From Azolla caroliniana (taxonomy: Eukaryota; Plantae; Polypodiophyta), in assembly GCA_043228905.1 (NCBI GenBank), contig JBHGNT010000012.1, forward strand, positions 5,704,001 to 5,768,000: a DNA stretch of 64,000 nt. The letters are read 5' to 3'. The notes beneath the pieces are model-generated. The model made no database searches and was not told the DNA's origin. It saw only the letters and a program-made list of their open reading frames with translations. A program made the translations under genes and the position numbers. Of the stretch, positions 1 through 13,394 are shown piece after piece (position 1 is the stretch's first letter; every line of letters starts with the position of its first letter).

Positions 1-709
1 TTTCCGGATTGACTGATGACGAGGCTCGCGATTCCGAGGACAAATGTTGTGTGAGCACGGAATCGGTCGTGTCCTCGACAGGTTTTGTGCGGTGAGATGG
101 TGGCCGATAGCGAGTACTTCTATTGGGTGCCGTACTGATGATTGGGATTACCACCGCGTGAGTTTGTTGTGCTACACAACATTAATCAGGTGTGCCAAAT
201 TGTGTTGCCTTCCTCTCTAGAGGCGACACCTTCGATTGCTAACCAAAATCGAACCAAGGGACTGTGATACGTGGTGGTCAGATTGGTTTTACGAAACGGG
301 ATGACACCGTACAGATTACGTAAGAGGATACCTCGGGTTGTGTATACATGATAGGGAGAGATAAGTTACTTAACAATGATTGAAAGAGAACAATGCCACA
401 AAATAGACCCAACATTGTTTAGATTTAAGAAATGAGTAGTGATTACGGTTACACGGCTATCTGCCGGAATGTATTAGATACACTATATTAGGATTAATTA
501 TGTAGTACCCTCAGAATTCTGTCTTATTTGTCTCTCCCTCTTCCTTCGATCTGTTGCTCCTTATATAGATGTTCCTCGGTGCACTCCTTCTCCTCGCCTC
601 GTTTTCGGTTGTGTTTATTTTGGCTGCTTCTGATTGCTTTCGGTTGTTTACCTACTGCTACCTAATTCCTATTGCGATTCTCATATGTTACTATTTTGGC
701 CCATGCACA
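1..709. mobile_element. Probable LTR remnant of an unrelated retroelement inserted into the gag of the following copia (other end outside window)
   Basis: Non-coding, has a TATA-like cttatatag (~560) and pyrimidine-rich tracts, and ends ...ccatgcaCA at 709, where copia gag-like coding (EDIINDQVATVGVVV...LPSKYD) starts mid-domain. No TSD can be tested. Confidence 0.3.
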
Positions 710-3700
710 AGAAGATATAATCAATGATCAAGTGGCAACTGTTGGAGTAGTTGTCTCTTGAGAGGATATGGCTCGTAGGTGCATTCGAGTACTTCCTTCC
801 AAGTATGATGGCATTTTGATAGCATTGAACACTCAGGTTTGACCCACTCCTTTAAATTTTGATGAACTATGTGCAATGCTGCTTGAAGAGGAGCTTCGGG
901 TGAAGACAACAGAAGGAAGGGAAGATTCAGCATTTGTCTCTAGGACTAAGGGTAAAGGGGCATCCAATTGAAACAATGCGAATAGGATACCAACGAAGAA
1001 GAAGTTCAATGGATCATGTTTCTACTGTGACAAGAAGGGTCACACAATCAAGGATTGTCAGAAGAATATGGCGGATGAGAAGAATGGTTCTAGTAAGACT
1101 TCTTGGAGAGAGCTCGAGTCCGCCAACAATGTCGTAAATGAGCTTCAATTATGGGTCGCAACTAAAGAAGTGTGTTCTTCAGTTCACACTCAAGTTGTCG
1201 ACGACTCTTGGATTCTCGATAGTGGAGCATCTTGACATATGACCAGTAATCGTGACTAGTATAGGTCTTGGACACCTCTACAAGAGACCATCAATGTTGT
1301 GGTCGGGAACAATACTCGATGTCTAGCCAAAGGAATCGGAACCGTCTCCCTCAAAGCAACGACCGACAGGACAAAGCATCTCTCTCAAGTGTTGTACGTG
1401 CCAGATCTCAAGAAGAATCTATTGCCTATTTCTACATTGACCGACAAGGGTCTTGATGTTTGATTCGAGAAGTCGGGTGCAGAAATAACAGATTTTGCTG
1501 GCAAGGTTGTAGGAATAGGGGTAAGGTGCAACAATCTCTATGAGCTGAGCTTGTTTACAATTTCTACTAACCACAACACAAGTACTAACACAAAGCAATG
1601 GCATGAGAGATTTGGGCATCTCAATGTTGCTGTATTGAAGGAGATTAAGAAGTCGAATATGGTAGTTGGGTTGCCAACCATATATGACTTAAGTCATGTT
1701 TGTGATGCTTGTATGATGGGCGAGCATCAAAGATCAGCCATTCCAAAAGAGAGTCAAAATCGGACAAAGACTCCTCTACAACTAATACACATCGACCTCT
1801 CTAGAAAAATGGTGACTCCTGCGATGGGTGGATCTCTCTACTATATGGTAGTAGTCGATGGCTTCAGTAGAAATATGTGGGTTTACTTCCTTTAGGAGAA
1901 GGTTGAAGCTTTTAAAATCTTCAAAAGATAGCATAAGTTTGTTGAGCGGGAGTCCGGAAAGTTAGTGAAGGAGTTACACTCTGATTGAGGTGGAGAATTC
2001 TTATCAATAGAATTCTATGAGTATTGCAAAGAGCATGAAATTAAGTGCCAACTTACAACTGCCTACACCCCACAACAAAATGGCGTAGTCGAATGTTGAA
2101 ACCTTACAATTGTTGAGGTGGATAGGTGTATGTTGAAGGCATAAGCACTGCCCGACCCATTCTGGGTTGAAGTAGTGAATACAACAGTTTACATCCTCAA
2201 TCAGAGCTACACGAAGGCACTTCAAGGGAAAACACCCCAAGAAGCTTATTCAGGCAAGAAATCTTCAGTGCTGCACTTCAGAACCTTTGGGTGTACGTGC
2301 TACGCACATGTTCCAGATGTGAGCAGAAAGAAGTTAGATGCTAAAAACAAGAAGTGTATCTTTCTCGGATATAGTGAAGAGTCAAAGGCCTATCGACTCT
2401 ATGATCCAGAGTCAAGAAAGATATTGAAAAGCCGCGATGTGGTGTTCGATGAGGAACGACCACAGCTAGCTGAGAACATCGATTCTCAAGGTATCTCATC
2501 GACCGAAGAAGTATTCCCCCCAATCCTAACCCACTGTCTAGAAAAGGAAGCTAAACCATATGATGGTAATGGCTCACTAGTTCAGCCTATGCCAGTGCCC
2601 CATGTAAAGAAAATACCTAAGTGGGCTCAACAACTCTTCAATGACCGTACTCCTAAAGTTGAGTTTCCTGAAACTTCAACTGATGGATTACGAAGATCAA
2701 GAAGAATACAGGAGCAAGGGAGAACCTTTGACCACATTGTCAACATGGCTCTGATGGTGGACACCATAGGCTCAGTGAGTGAGCCGACCTCAGTGGAGGA
2801 AGCCATGGCCGACCCAAAGTGGGAAAAATGACACGTGGGAGTTGGTAGAGACGCCAACAAAGAGGAAGGTGATAGGCACCAAGTGGCTGTGGAAGGTAAA
2901 GTATAAAGCTGATGGTTCTTTGGAGAAATTTAAGGCCAGGCTAGTAGTGCAAGGATACTCTCAAATTGAAGGGTTTGATGTACAAGAAACATTTGCCCCG
3001 ACAACTCACATGACAACAATTCGAATGGTCATAGCGTTGGCTGCTTCAAGAGGATGGCTGATTTATCAAATGGATGTCAAATCGACATTTCTAAATGGGC
3101 ATCTCGAGGAGGAGGTATACGTGACACAACCACCAGGGTTTGAGATGCCGAATTTAGAAAACAAAGTCTGCAAGTTGAAGAAGGCGTTGTATGGTCTAAA
3201 GCAAGCACCGAGAGCTTGGAACAAGAGTATGGACAACTTCTTACAATCAATCGACTTTAAGCAATGTGCTTTGAATACAAGTATGTATGTCAAAATGAAG
3301 GACGGGAAACTAGTCATCATCATCGTTTATGTGGATGATCTAGTACTTACTGGTGACCATGAAATTATTGGCCAAACACAAGAGTGTTTGAAAACTGAGT
3401 TTGAAATGACACACTTGGGGATTTTACACTCCTTCCTTGGAATTGAGGTTTGGCAAACCTCTATTGGAATCTTCATGTCACAAAGAAAGTACGCAACAGA
3501 GATCTTGAACATCTTTGGGATGATGGACAACAAGTTGAAGTCGACTCCAATGGAGTCAAACTACAAGCTATCCCAAGAAGGAAGTATAGACAACTAGTAG
3601 GAAGTCTAATTTTCCTATGCAACACTAGGCCGGATATTTGTTTTGCAGTCAGTGTGGTGAGTCGATTCAGCAACAAGCCGAAGGAGACTCATTGGAAAGC

Positions 3701-4465
3701 TGCACTACGTGTATTAAAGTACATTGTGGGTACTTTAAATTACGGAATCTTCTACAAGCCAACAATTGACGAACTTAGTGGATTGCGACTTTGACTGGGC
3801 TGGAGATAATGATTCCAGAAAATCAATTTCTGGATATTGTTTTTCAATAGGCTCTAGAGCTGTTTCATGGAGTAGTAAAAAACAACCAATAGTGGCACTA
3901 TCTTCAACAGAGGCAAAATACAAAGCAGCATGCATAGTGGCATGCAAGGTAGTTTGGCTAAGAAGAATCCTTATGGATGTGGCGGTTCCAATAAGGATGG
4001 CAATAGTATTGAGGTGTGACAATCAGAGTTGCCTGGCCATTGCCAAGAACCCCGTATTTCATGCACGTACTAAACACATAGAGATTTAGTATCACTATGT
4101 GTGGGAGCTAATAAATGATGAGACTGTGGAGCTTGAGTATTGTCCGCCATAAAAAAATGCTACGGATATCTTCACAAAGGCGCTTGGAGCAGAACAACTA
4201 CAACAACACCTTTGACGACTAGGAGTTGGCACAATTCCAAGTGAACTCAATGGGTTAACCATTGAGGGGGCGTGTTACATATAATCAACGATCAGCCCCA
4301 AGTTGTAAATCTATCCCCATATGTGCTCTTAGAGTGCACATTTTGTGATAGCGCCCCAAATGAGGAGCGGCTAGTTTGCAACTCGACCATATGGGTCGAT
4401 AAGGTGTTAATCTAGGAAACCGTAGATGCGTAGGACACAATGGATTTAGGAAAGAGCGAAAGTAA
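710..4465 (+). mobile_element. Degenerate Ty1/copia LTR retrotransposon (gag-PR-INT-RT-RNaseH, PPT, truncated 3' LTR)
   Basis: Frameshifted/stopped motifs in copia order: zinc knuckle CFYCDKKGH, protease WILDSGAS, WHERFGH, KCIFLGYSEESKAYRLYD, KARLVVQGY, YVDD, VSWSSKKQ, HARTKHIEI. PPT gagggggcg at 4264-4272, then LTR starting TGTT at 4273. Confidence 0.92.
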
Positions 4466-5576
4466 CCTCTGCAACAAGGAGAAATGGCTCAAGTTTAAGT
4501 CCTCAAATTTATGAATCAAATTTATGAATCAACCTTGGTTGGAATGGTTTCTTGCATGCCATGAAGAGTGTCCCCATTAGTATATGTGTGGAAGAAATAA
4601 TTCAATGTTCTTTGTCTCGGTTGGTGTCAATCTCCCCTCAAGAAAACAATGGATACATTTATGTGACCTTGAGCATTAATAATTTATTGTTTTTCTCAAA
4701 GAAATGTAAGATGTAAAAATGGTTAAGATACCATAACCCGCATAACTACACATGCACAACCTTTGTAGCGGAATTTATTAATCTAACCTTGCATTGCATG
4801 TCTATAAGATTTTAGTGACTCTAATGTGGAGAGCTAAAATAAGATTATATTGTCCTTTGAAGATGCTTTAAATGTTTTCCTATCCCTATTTAGAATGGAG
4901 TTGCAAGGGCGTGACCTTCAAAATACTTAAAGCATGCAAAATGTTGGAATAGATGGAAGGCTTCAAGGTGCAACCCTATATTATGAGAGGCAATTTGTTG
5001 GAATTGGGTGGAAGACATCCTACATTCATTTAAGACTAAGTGAATGCTTCTTAATTTTGGAAAATTTGGGTAATGGCATGAGTATACAAAGTTAATAAAC
5101 AAGAGTAAATGATGAAATCAAAATTGTTAATTGATTGGGGATAGCTTTTATTGACGATACAATAGCGCCAACGATGAAACTAAAATTTTGGTACATGCAA
5201 TATCCTTATAATTTGAATATGATTATGTGCTTTTAAAAGACAAGATCATGTAAACATCAATGAACCTATAAGGATTTTGAAAAATGAGTGACACAATCAT
5301 GAAGGTTTGTTACTCACATTCAACAGACTAGTATCATGCACAATTTATGGTACATATAAGTGTCCCGAGAATTTGTGTGCTAAGAATGAGTATATGACAA
5401 TCACATTATAGAATCTCTTGGTATTTGTCAGATTCATGTGTATCGATATTATGAAATTGAATGTAATGTGTATCTAATAAATAACTATATTTTTACTACC
5501 CAACAAGGGATATATCATGGATATGGATGATCAACAATGGGATTATTGCAATTATTATAGTATTATACTCCTTTGA

Positions 5577-5743
5577 TGAATTTAAGCAATCATCATGGGG
5601 GGTCATACAAAGTAAAATCCAAACTTAGATGTTTTGAATAGGTGTTAACAATCTCCTTCGGTGAATTTGAGCAATCATCATGGGGGGTCATGCAAAGTAA
5701 AATCCAAACATACACGTTTTGAATATGTGTTAACAATCTCCTT
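5577..5743. repeat. Tandem duplication, ~86-bp unit x2
   Basis: tgaattt(a/g)agcaatcatcatggggggtcat...gtgttaacaatctcctt occurs twice, adjacent. Confidence 0.85.
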
Positions 5744-5861
5744 AAGTTAGGAAGTAGTCAAGTACACATACAAATGTTAGAAGGGATGAAATATTGTGGA
5801 GTATGGCTTCCTTTAGCTAAGAAGGAAATATCTTCCATTTAATTGACATATGCATCGCTGG

Positions 5862-5960
5862 AAGATAATAATTTCAACCACCAACTTCGTAAGTTTCATG
5901 GAAAAAGATAATAATTTCAACCACCACATTCGTAAGTTTCATGACAAAAGGTAATAATTT
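5862..5960. repeat. Tandem repeat, ~44-bp unit x2.3
   Basis: aagataataatttcaaccacca...cgtaagtttcatg repeated. Confidence 0.8.
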
Positions 5961-7338
5961 AATGTCAAATGGATCATACACTTAAATATGCTAGAACCCC
6001 TTTTTAGTTATATGATGCTTTCAATTATTTGGTCGTTCTCAATAAAAGTGAATGGGCATAAAGATAGGATTGATGATTCTTCCTGGTCTCAACACTAGTG
6101 TCATCCAAATATATACCAAAAGAACATTCATTTTCATTGGGAGGACTACATTAGTAATGTTGTCACCAAACACCCTTATTTTAGATAGCCACAACTTAGA
6201 GTTATTGGTTGAATCATTAATTACCCTAAACAGATTGCAAAAACAATGTAAGGATCGCGTAAAAATATAAAGCGTTTTTTGGTAAGGAAAGTTCAAAATA
6301 TTGATTTGTTTGAAAAGACTTACATTTATGCTAACCATCTCTTGAAATAGGTAACCCATAAACTCCCATGATTCTAGATGGGAGGGAGATTTGATACTCT
6401 TGCATACAAAATCAACTCAAGGCAATATAACCTTAAATGTAAAAAAGGGATGAGGGCATCCATCCAATATGGGGATAGTGACTAATAGTAAGAATCCATC
6501 CAACATTGAGGTAATTTACTGTAACTGAGATCCTGTTCATCTCCATGACAAGTTCCTTTGACTACACTTAGATAATTGAATGTGTCAAACCTACAACTTG
6601 GTTACTTACAATAAATCCTTATCAATGATGGTTGTCTACACCTTTCAGAGCCAATTGTTAAAAACTTGTTGTAAGAAATAAAATTCATTTTCAAATGCAC
6701 AATTCTAGGATTACATCTAAGAAGGGAAGACTTGTTGGGCTTTACAGCATTCCAAGCTTTATTCTTACAATGCAAACTATTTTTTGACCCCTATTTTCTC
6801 AGGACCTCCTTGATTCACATGGGCTCTTTCAAATTGCACGCGTCGGTTAGATGCATTGCACTGTGAAGAAAATTGAATACCTTTCAACAAAAACCAAATG
6901 ACATTTATTTATTTTTATTCCGGTTGTAGATGCCTTTGTCTTCATCCCGAGAAAATTTGAAATACATTTGAACAACTCAAAATGCATGTTTTTTTTACTA
7001 TACTATAGGATAGTCATCCATCCACTTTAAGTATGGTTTGTTTGTGTGTTTCAATTCCATGCTTGAGAAAATGTCATTTGTCCATGCTATCCCTTGTGCT
7101 CATTGAGAGGATGCAATAACTTGGGTGCCATCCTTAAAGCACCACCTAGAAGGTTGAGCTCTTCGCAAGTGAGTGCACTATTCAAACATGGACACACTTT
7201 GCTCCAAAGTATGAACTTCTCTTCTTAGGAAGGAGATATACATCAAGAACATTTATGTGTTTAGGTCGGGTGGTCAAGATTGGCCTCTTTGAGTGCATTA
7301 AAAATTTTGAATCCAGATTCTCAGTCTCCCCTCCTTGG

Positions 7339-7342
<4 letters not shown>

Positions 7343-7405
<63 letters not shown>

Positions 7406-7528
7406 CACACACACATACACACACTCGCTCGCTCACTCACACACAAATCGAATAGGATTCACAAAGGTTATCATTCAACCTCCTTTTTCCAACACATATG
7501 AAAAACAACACATGCCATGCCATGATAT

Positions 7529-7590
<62 letters not shown>
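7343..7590. repeat. Compound microsatellites (CT)n(CA)n and (AG)n upstream of FPF1-like gene
   Basis: (CT)n then (CA)n at 7343-7445; (AG)~30 at 7531-7590. Confidence 0.95.
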
Positions 7591-7595
<5 letters not shown>

Positions 7596-7963
7596 GAAAA
7601 TGATGGATGACATGATAAAAAGACTAGAGATTGAAGTCCATTAAAAAAAGGAGAAGTGAAAAGCTAATTCATTCTCCTTCTCTTTACATCTTTAAAAAAC
7701 AAACACTCTTGTTAGGATTCCTTTTACACAAATATAGGCCTTGCTCTCAACTAATCTTATAGGATAGTCCATACACAGTCTCTCTCTAGTCGTTCGAAAC
7801 CTTTAGATATAAACTTCAAACCATATATTGATAACACATACTAACACTCTCTATTCATTAGGAGCCTTTAGATTTAAACTTCAAACCATATATTAGTAAC
7901 TACTTCTAATGAGGGTAATTTAAAGATTTAGTAAGTATAAAAGGAATTCATTGATTGTAAGAG

Positions 7964-8569
7964 ATGTCAGGGGTTTGGGTTTTCAAGAATGGTGTGGCCA
8001 AGCTTGTGCAAAACCCTCTCCTTGACCCCTTAGACAACATCCAAGTTGGATGGACTACTCCCAAGAAGGTCCTTGTCCACATTCCGACGCAGGAGGTAGT
8101 GTCTTCATACGAGGAGCTCGAGCAGAAGCTCCTTGACCTCGGGTGGCGACGATACTATAAAAACAATAACAGTGTTGGTAGCATGATACCAACCTACGAA
8201 ACCAATCACAAGAATAACATGTTTAACAATACCAACGAAAATATCCAGAATGACGAGGACAAGCGGGATCACGGAAACGAAAATCGAATCAACACCGGTC
8301 CTAGTGCCAACAACAAGAACAACAATGGCGTCGGCAACAACATTGCTACCAACTATCATAGTTATAATAATGAGGATGTCATCCAATTCCATAGGTGCTT
8401 CTCTAGCCCCCACCTCATCTCTCTCCCGGCCGACTCTCGAAGGTTCAAGCTCATGCACATGTATGACATTGTGCTAAAAAACCGCCAACACTTCCAGGTG
8501 CGTGACTACAACTACAACGATGAAAGGCGCGGCAATATAACACACGAATGTTTAACACTTTGCAAATAA
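7964..8569 (+). CDS. FPF1-like: FLOWERING-PROMOTING FACTOR 1-like protein (FPF1/FLP family), single exon, with Asn-rich insertion
   Basis: Family signature blocks MSGVWVFKNGV..LV.NP, KVLVHIPTQEVVSSY..LEQKLL.LGW.RY, IQFH and LISLP.D..RFKLMHMYDIVLKN...FQVRD. Open 201-aa ORF with no stops. Confidence 0.9.
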   Translation: MSGVWVFKNGVAKLVQNPLLDPLDNIQVGWTTPKKVLVHIPTQEVVSSYEELEQKLLDLGWRRYYKNNNSVGSMIPTYETNHKNNMFNNTNENIQNDEDKRDHGNENRINTGPSANNKNNNGVGNNIATNYHSYNNEDVIQFHRCFSSPHLISLPADSRRFKLMHMYDIVLKNRQHFQVRDYNYNDERRGNITHECLTLCK

Positions 8570-10249
8570 TAATATAATAAATTCATTCATTATGTATTAC
8601 ATCAAATTCTAGGGGGTCGGATATTCCTTGACCATGTGATTGATACAATTGATATTTATACGATAAATCATTTATATATTCAATGAGTTCATATATTGCT
8701 TTTAATTGTGAACTACTATACATAGAGACTAATTCTATTGTAGATTTTGATGAACTATTTAGATTCATGTTAATTTCTCTATTGAAATGAACTCCTTTAT
8801 AATTACACCAGATATCATAAACTTATAATTAGAGTCCAACTCGTCAATTGGTTTATATCGCAATTCAATTAAACATCTCCCTCTCTCCACTCGGCTATCA
8901 TTGCAATACATTTTACTTCCAGGCATCGATAAATGTCCGGACAAAAATGCGCGCAGCTAAGAGTCATGCTCCACAATCATGTATTGATGTTTTGTTTTCC
9001 ATAGTTGCAACATGAGCTTGTAAACACTAATTTGAACTAGTACATACAAAACATATCTTGCCATGGGTGAGTTGGTCCACCCCATTAATTAGAACTCGTT
9101 AAGTATCAAGCATTATCATCACTTTGATAGTCCTCACACTTAGATCCATGTTACTCTAATCTTTATTTTGTGTGGAGGGCTTCTACTAAAGTGGAGATCC
9201 CATTAAAGAGAGCATGTGTTAGGAACTTGTGTGGCTAGTGGGACATGTTGTAGAAGAATCTTTCATTATTGAATTCGATAGAGAGTGGGGTGAAGAGAAC
9301 TAGGATCAATATCGGGGGAGAATGCACCTTGATAAAGAAAGATGATTAAATGTAAGTTCTTGATTAAGGATGGATTGATTGATTGCTTCATCATGTTAGG
9401 ATGAGATTCTTTTGTGGAACTCTTGGGTCTAGTTCCATGGACCCATAAAGGTTCATTCATACATCATCATCATACCCACCCTATCACATCTCCCAATGCT
9501 TCTTTTGCACACCTAGGGGTGGGGTTATCTCTCCATCTACACTAGTGTGCTCAATGCTCACCTATAAACCTTAACTTATATAGCCCAAAAGAAAGAGAGG
9601 GAGGGAGTCTATTTAGGTGATTAGATTAGATTTATAGCATGTGTTATGTGGCAAAAATGGTCTTGTAATTCCTCCTCTAAACTTGTATAATTGTGGACAT
9701 AAAGTTTGTACCAACATCAAATAGTAATTGATATTGGAGACAATGCATATTCCAAGTCTAAGTTTGCCTTAATGATCAATGGGCTAATACAGACACATTC
9801 CTTGACCCCTAGTGTTGGCGAGACTCAAAACCTCATCCTTAACCACTATAATTGTTGAAGAGACTCAAAAGGTATAAATTGGGATCTAAAATAAGTCATC
9901 AAACCACCTCTTACTCATAACTCCTTACTTTTCATGATATTTTTCGTATTTCAATGTGTGTTGAAAATGCGAAATTGTGGATCATACTATATGACAACAT
10001 CTATTTGGTTTAAAGAATTGTGCACAAGTGCACATATGGCCGAATGCATTGTGGGGTTTATATTTGGAGAATAATTCATGATGTGGAGAAATGTTATAAA
10101 TTGGAAAGTATGTTTTCCCAAAGCATGTTGCAGTTATTCATGTAAGTAATTGTCATCTCATGACATGCTACTTGTAAGTAGTTCTCGATCACAAGACCTA
10201 TGAATCAATTGAATGATAATTTTCCCTTGAAAATGGTGATAATGGTGCA

Positions 10250-10453
10250 TGTATAAGGGGATACAAAACAACTTTGTAGCAATTGCACTCTTTTTGGGGC
10301 AAGAGTTGCAAAACCATCAATTTGGTCATGTAAAAATATACATCGTGACAAATGTATAAGGGGATACAAAACAACTTTGTAGCAATTGCACTCTTTTTGG
10401 GGCAAGCGTTGCAAAACCATCAATTTGGTCATGTAAAAATATACATCGTGACA
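10250..10453. repeat. Tandem duplication, ~102-bp unit x2
   Basis: tgtataaggggatacaaaacaactttgtagc...atacatcgtgacaa occurs twice. Confidence 0.85.
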
Positions 10454-13374
10454 ATATTCAAAGTTATTACTTGAATGCACTCCACATAACTTGGAAAAAT
10501 TGCAATTGTATGCATAAATGCCATAACCAAGAGGGGAGGTCTACTTGTAACATTCTCTTAAAAATTAATTTGATTATGTTCTAATAAACAGAATTGAAGT
10601 GTTATACTATCAATATTTCAAAGTGAAACTATCAACTAGATCTTTTTTGAAACTATTTTTGGTTCCATTACAATAGATGAGTATGTTGAAACATAATTAA
10701 TAAGTTGGATGGTAGTTTGTTTGCCAAATTTTCTAGTCCATTGAATGCAATTGAATGTGTGTTATATAATGTTTAAAGCACTACTAAATTACTAATGTCC
10801 TTGGAAATATTTGTTAAGTACTTCACCATGTTGTTTTGATCTAGACGAATTTTGAAATCCAATCTAGAAACATGATTTACGAAATGAAGAAAAACGCTAT
10901 TCAAGAGAACAAGGCAATTCTGACGAATTGTATAGAGTGGGCAAATCAATAACATATACATACAGATACCAATGGGGAAGATGACATAATTATGATTGGT
11001 AAGACTTCCATAAATTCGACTATCTACTTCTTTCTTCTTTGAAGTTCTTTTCAAATATATAGCCATTAAAAATAGTGTGCTTGGCACAATACTTGTCTTT
11101 GTCATTTTTATGGTAATTTTTTCCTTACAAAACCTTGACATGTGGAGTGCATGAAATCACTTTACTTTAATAGTTTCTTTAAAAAACGACACGAATTCAA
11201 GGATTTCTCATAGTACAATATATTGTATTTGGGTCATGTCTTATGGTGGTGTTTGTTTTAAAACTATGAAATGGTAGCGAATAACTCAAGCTGAAAACCT
11301 AGGATCCATCCAATTATAAGGATCCTTTGCCATAAGACATTGCATCATTTACATTTAGTTGGAGAATTGTTTATTATCCTAGGACAATGGAATGATAAGA
11401 GTCATTTATATAAACATCTATCAAACCAATAATTACTCACTAAACTAGTATAGCTTATCATATTACCCAATAGATAAAAAACTAGTATGATATGATGTAA
11501 ATGCTATGTTAGGGCCCTTTGATATGACATAGACTCTTATTGGACCATTGCTTAATAAGACCACATAAAAGAGAACATTTCAACAAAATTACATGTCATG
11601 ATTGTTGTAAAGGGACGGCCAAGTAATGGTGTAGTTTCAAATGGATAGATGAATGTCCCAAACAAGTTATTGTAGTTAAAACACGTAAGCACAAAGACAA
11701 AATCAAGGTAGGTGGATATTGCAATATAACAGATTTTACAATCCACATTTTGCATGGATTTAAATCATGTTGAAAATGGGTATTTAGCTTTGATCAAAGA
11801 ATGTTTCTGTTCATTCAAAAATGTTCTTTTCTATATAGCAAGGATATTTTAAATAACCATGACGACACAAGTGGCATAAGACATAGGTGGACTCATGAGT
11901 CACGAGAGGTGGTATATATAGTGACCTCACGATATGTCTTGTGATATGCCTTAGAATATTATCCTTCTCTTTCTTATAAGAATACTTAAAGACTTAACGC
12001 TAATATTTCTTTTGGACATCATATAGAAAATTACCCTTGTGGAGAAGGATAAACCTCATTTGAAGGCCGGTGCAATGCTTGAATATGAAGCATGCAATGT
12101 ACCACTTTATTTCTAGTTGTGTATAACGATCAATCACTTTAATTGATGGATTTAATTTTAGAGCTACAATTCTACTTTCCTTTGCGAAAGCAAAACTTAT
12201 AACTTTAATTGATGGATTTAATTTTGCAAGAAAAACAAATTTGTGCAAAATTTCATAACCTTCACCAACTAAGAGGTAGTTCGCATTAGAGATAGCTTGA
12301 TGTGAAAAATTAATCAAATTGTTCGAGATGATTAAATATGGGTGCAAAACAACCATACACACCATAAGGAACACATATTAGAGCACTCGAACACACATAG
12401 AATTCTATGACATAGTTGTAACACATAATCAGGAGAATATATGATAAGAAAGAAGAGAGGGAGAGTTTTGTCCCCATAAATATCAAAGTTCCTGCTCCAC
12501 TTATTCGTGGATCAAGAGGTTGTACCTCGTTTGTTGCTCTAGGGATCACTTAAAAAACAAGTGAAAACATGAAAAAAATAAAATAGTATGCTCTCATACC
12601 AACTATTAGAGTGCATGAATGATGCATGAATGATTGCCTGTATATTAGCAATTAGGATGGGATTTTGAGCACAAGATTTCCTTCTACCCAATTTCAAGAT
12701 GTTGAGCTAAAAAATTTAAGAGGAGTGTTGCAATGCACTCTTATCATCTTGTCTCCACCTATCTAGAAAAGCCTCTATAAGCCTTACATTTTGGATAGTA
12801 TCTAAAGAAGGCTCACCTCATGCTTTTGGAATCCAACTTTGTCCTACATTTATTATGCACATGTTGCATATGTAGTTGAATACCTTCAAATGCATGATGA
12901 CATGTTTGTTGCCTAAATAGACCTTGAATGGAGTCATGATAACATGTTATGGGATAAAAATCGTAAGGACCAAGATTGGTATGAACACACATGGTATGAA
13001 AAGACTTTGTTTTAAATTAAAGTGGGAGATATTTGCAAGGCATTGTTTCGGATGTGCTGAATGGGACCACTTTATGGCGGACTGCCAATGTCATTGCTCT
13101 TCAGCTTTGGAGGTTCCTAATGAAGGGAATGGTAATGAAGGAGTTGGGAGAGATGTTGGTATGTTAGGTATTATGGTTGTTATGGATGAAGGTACTGTTG
13201 TAGGCGAGGAAGGTCGTCTGTGCGGAAAGAGAGAAGCATTCGATTCTTGTGAATACCTGCGTGTGACAGAGTGTAGGTCGTGCACAGAGAGAGAGAGAGA
13301 GGGAGAGAGACACAAAAGAGTTTCTTATTTCTCAAAGCAATAATACAACATCCAACCTCACAAAGAGGTTACAA

Positions 13375-13394
13375 GGTCACTATATATAGTGACC
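13375..13394. promoter_or_regulatory. Perfect 20-bp palindrome GGTCACTATATATAGTGACC containing the LTR TATA box; here the A/B fusion point
   Basis: Self-reverse-complementary. The same motif occurs in the family LTRs, e.g. 25838-25857 and 40994-41013. Confidence 0.85.

Noticed and set aside
4470-7180. Possible ancient TE coding remnants here and at 9000-12900
   Set aside because: AT-rich with short ORFs and no motif I could identify confidently. It needs a translated profile search.
7182-7532. ORFs rich in HT/SL/VC/ER repeats
   Set aside because: Translations of microsatellites.
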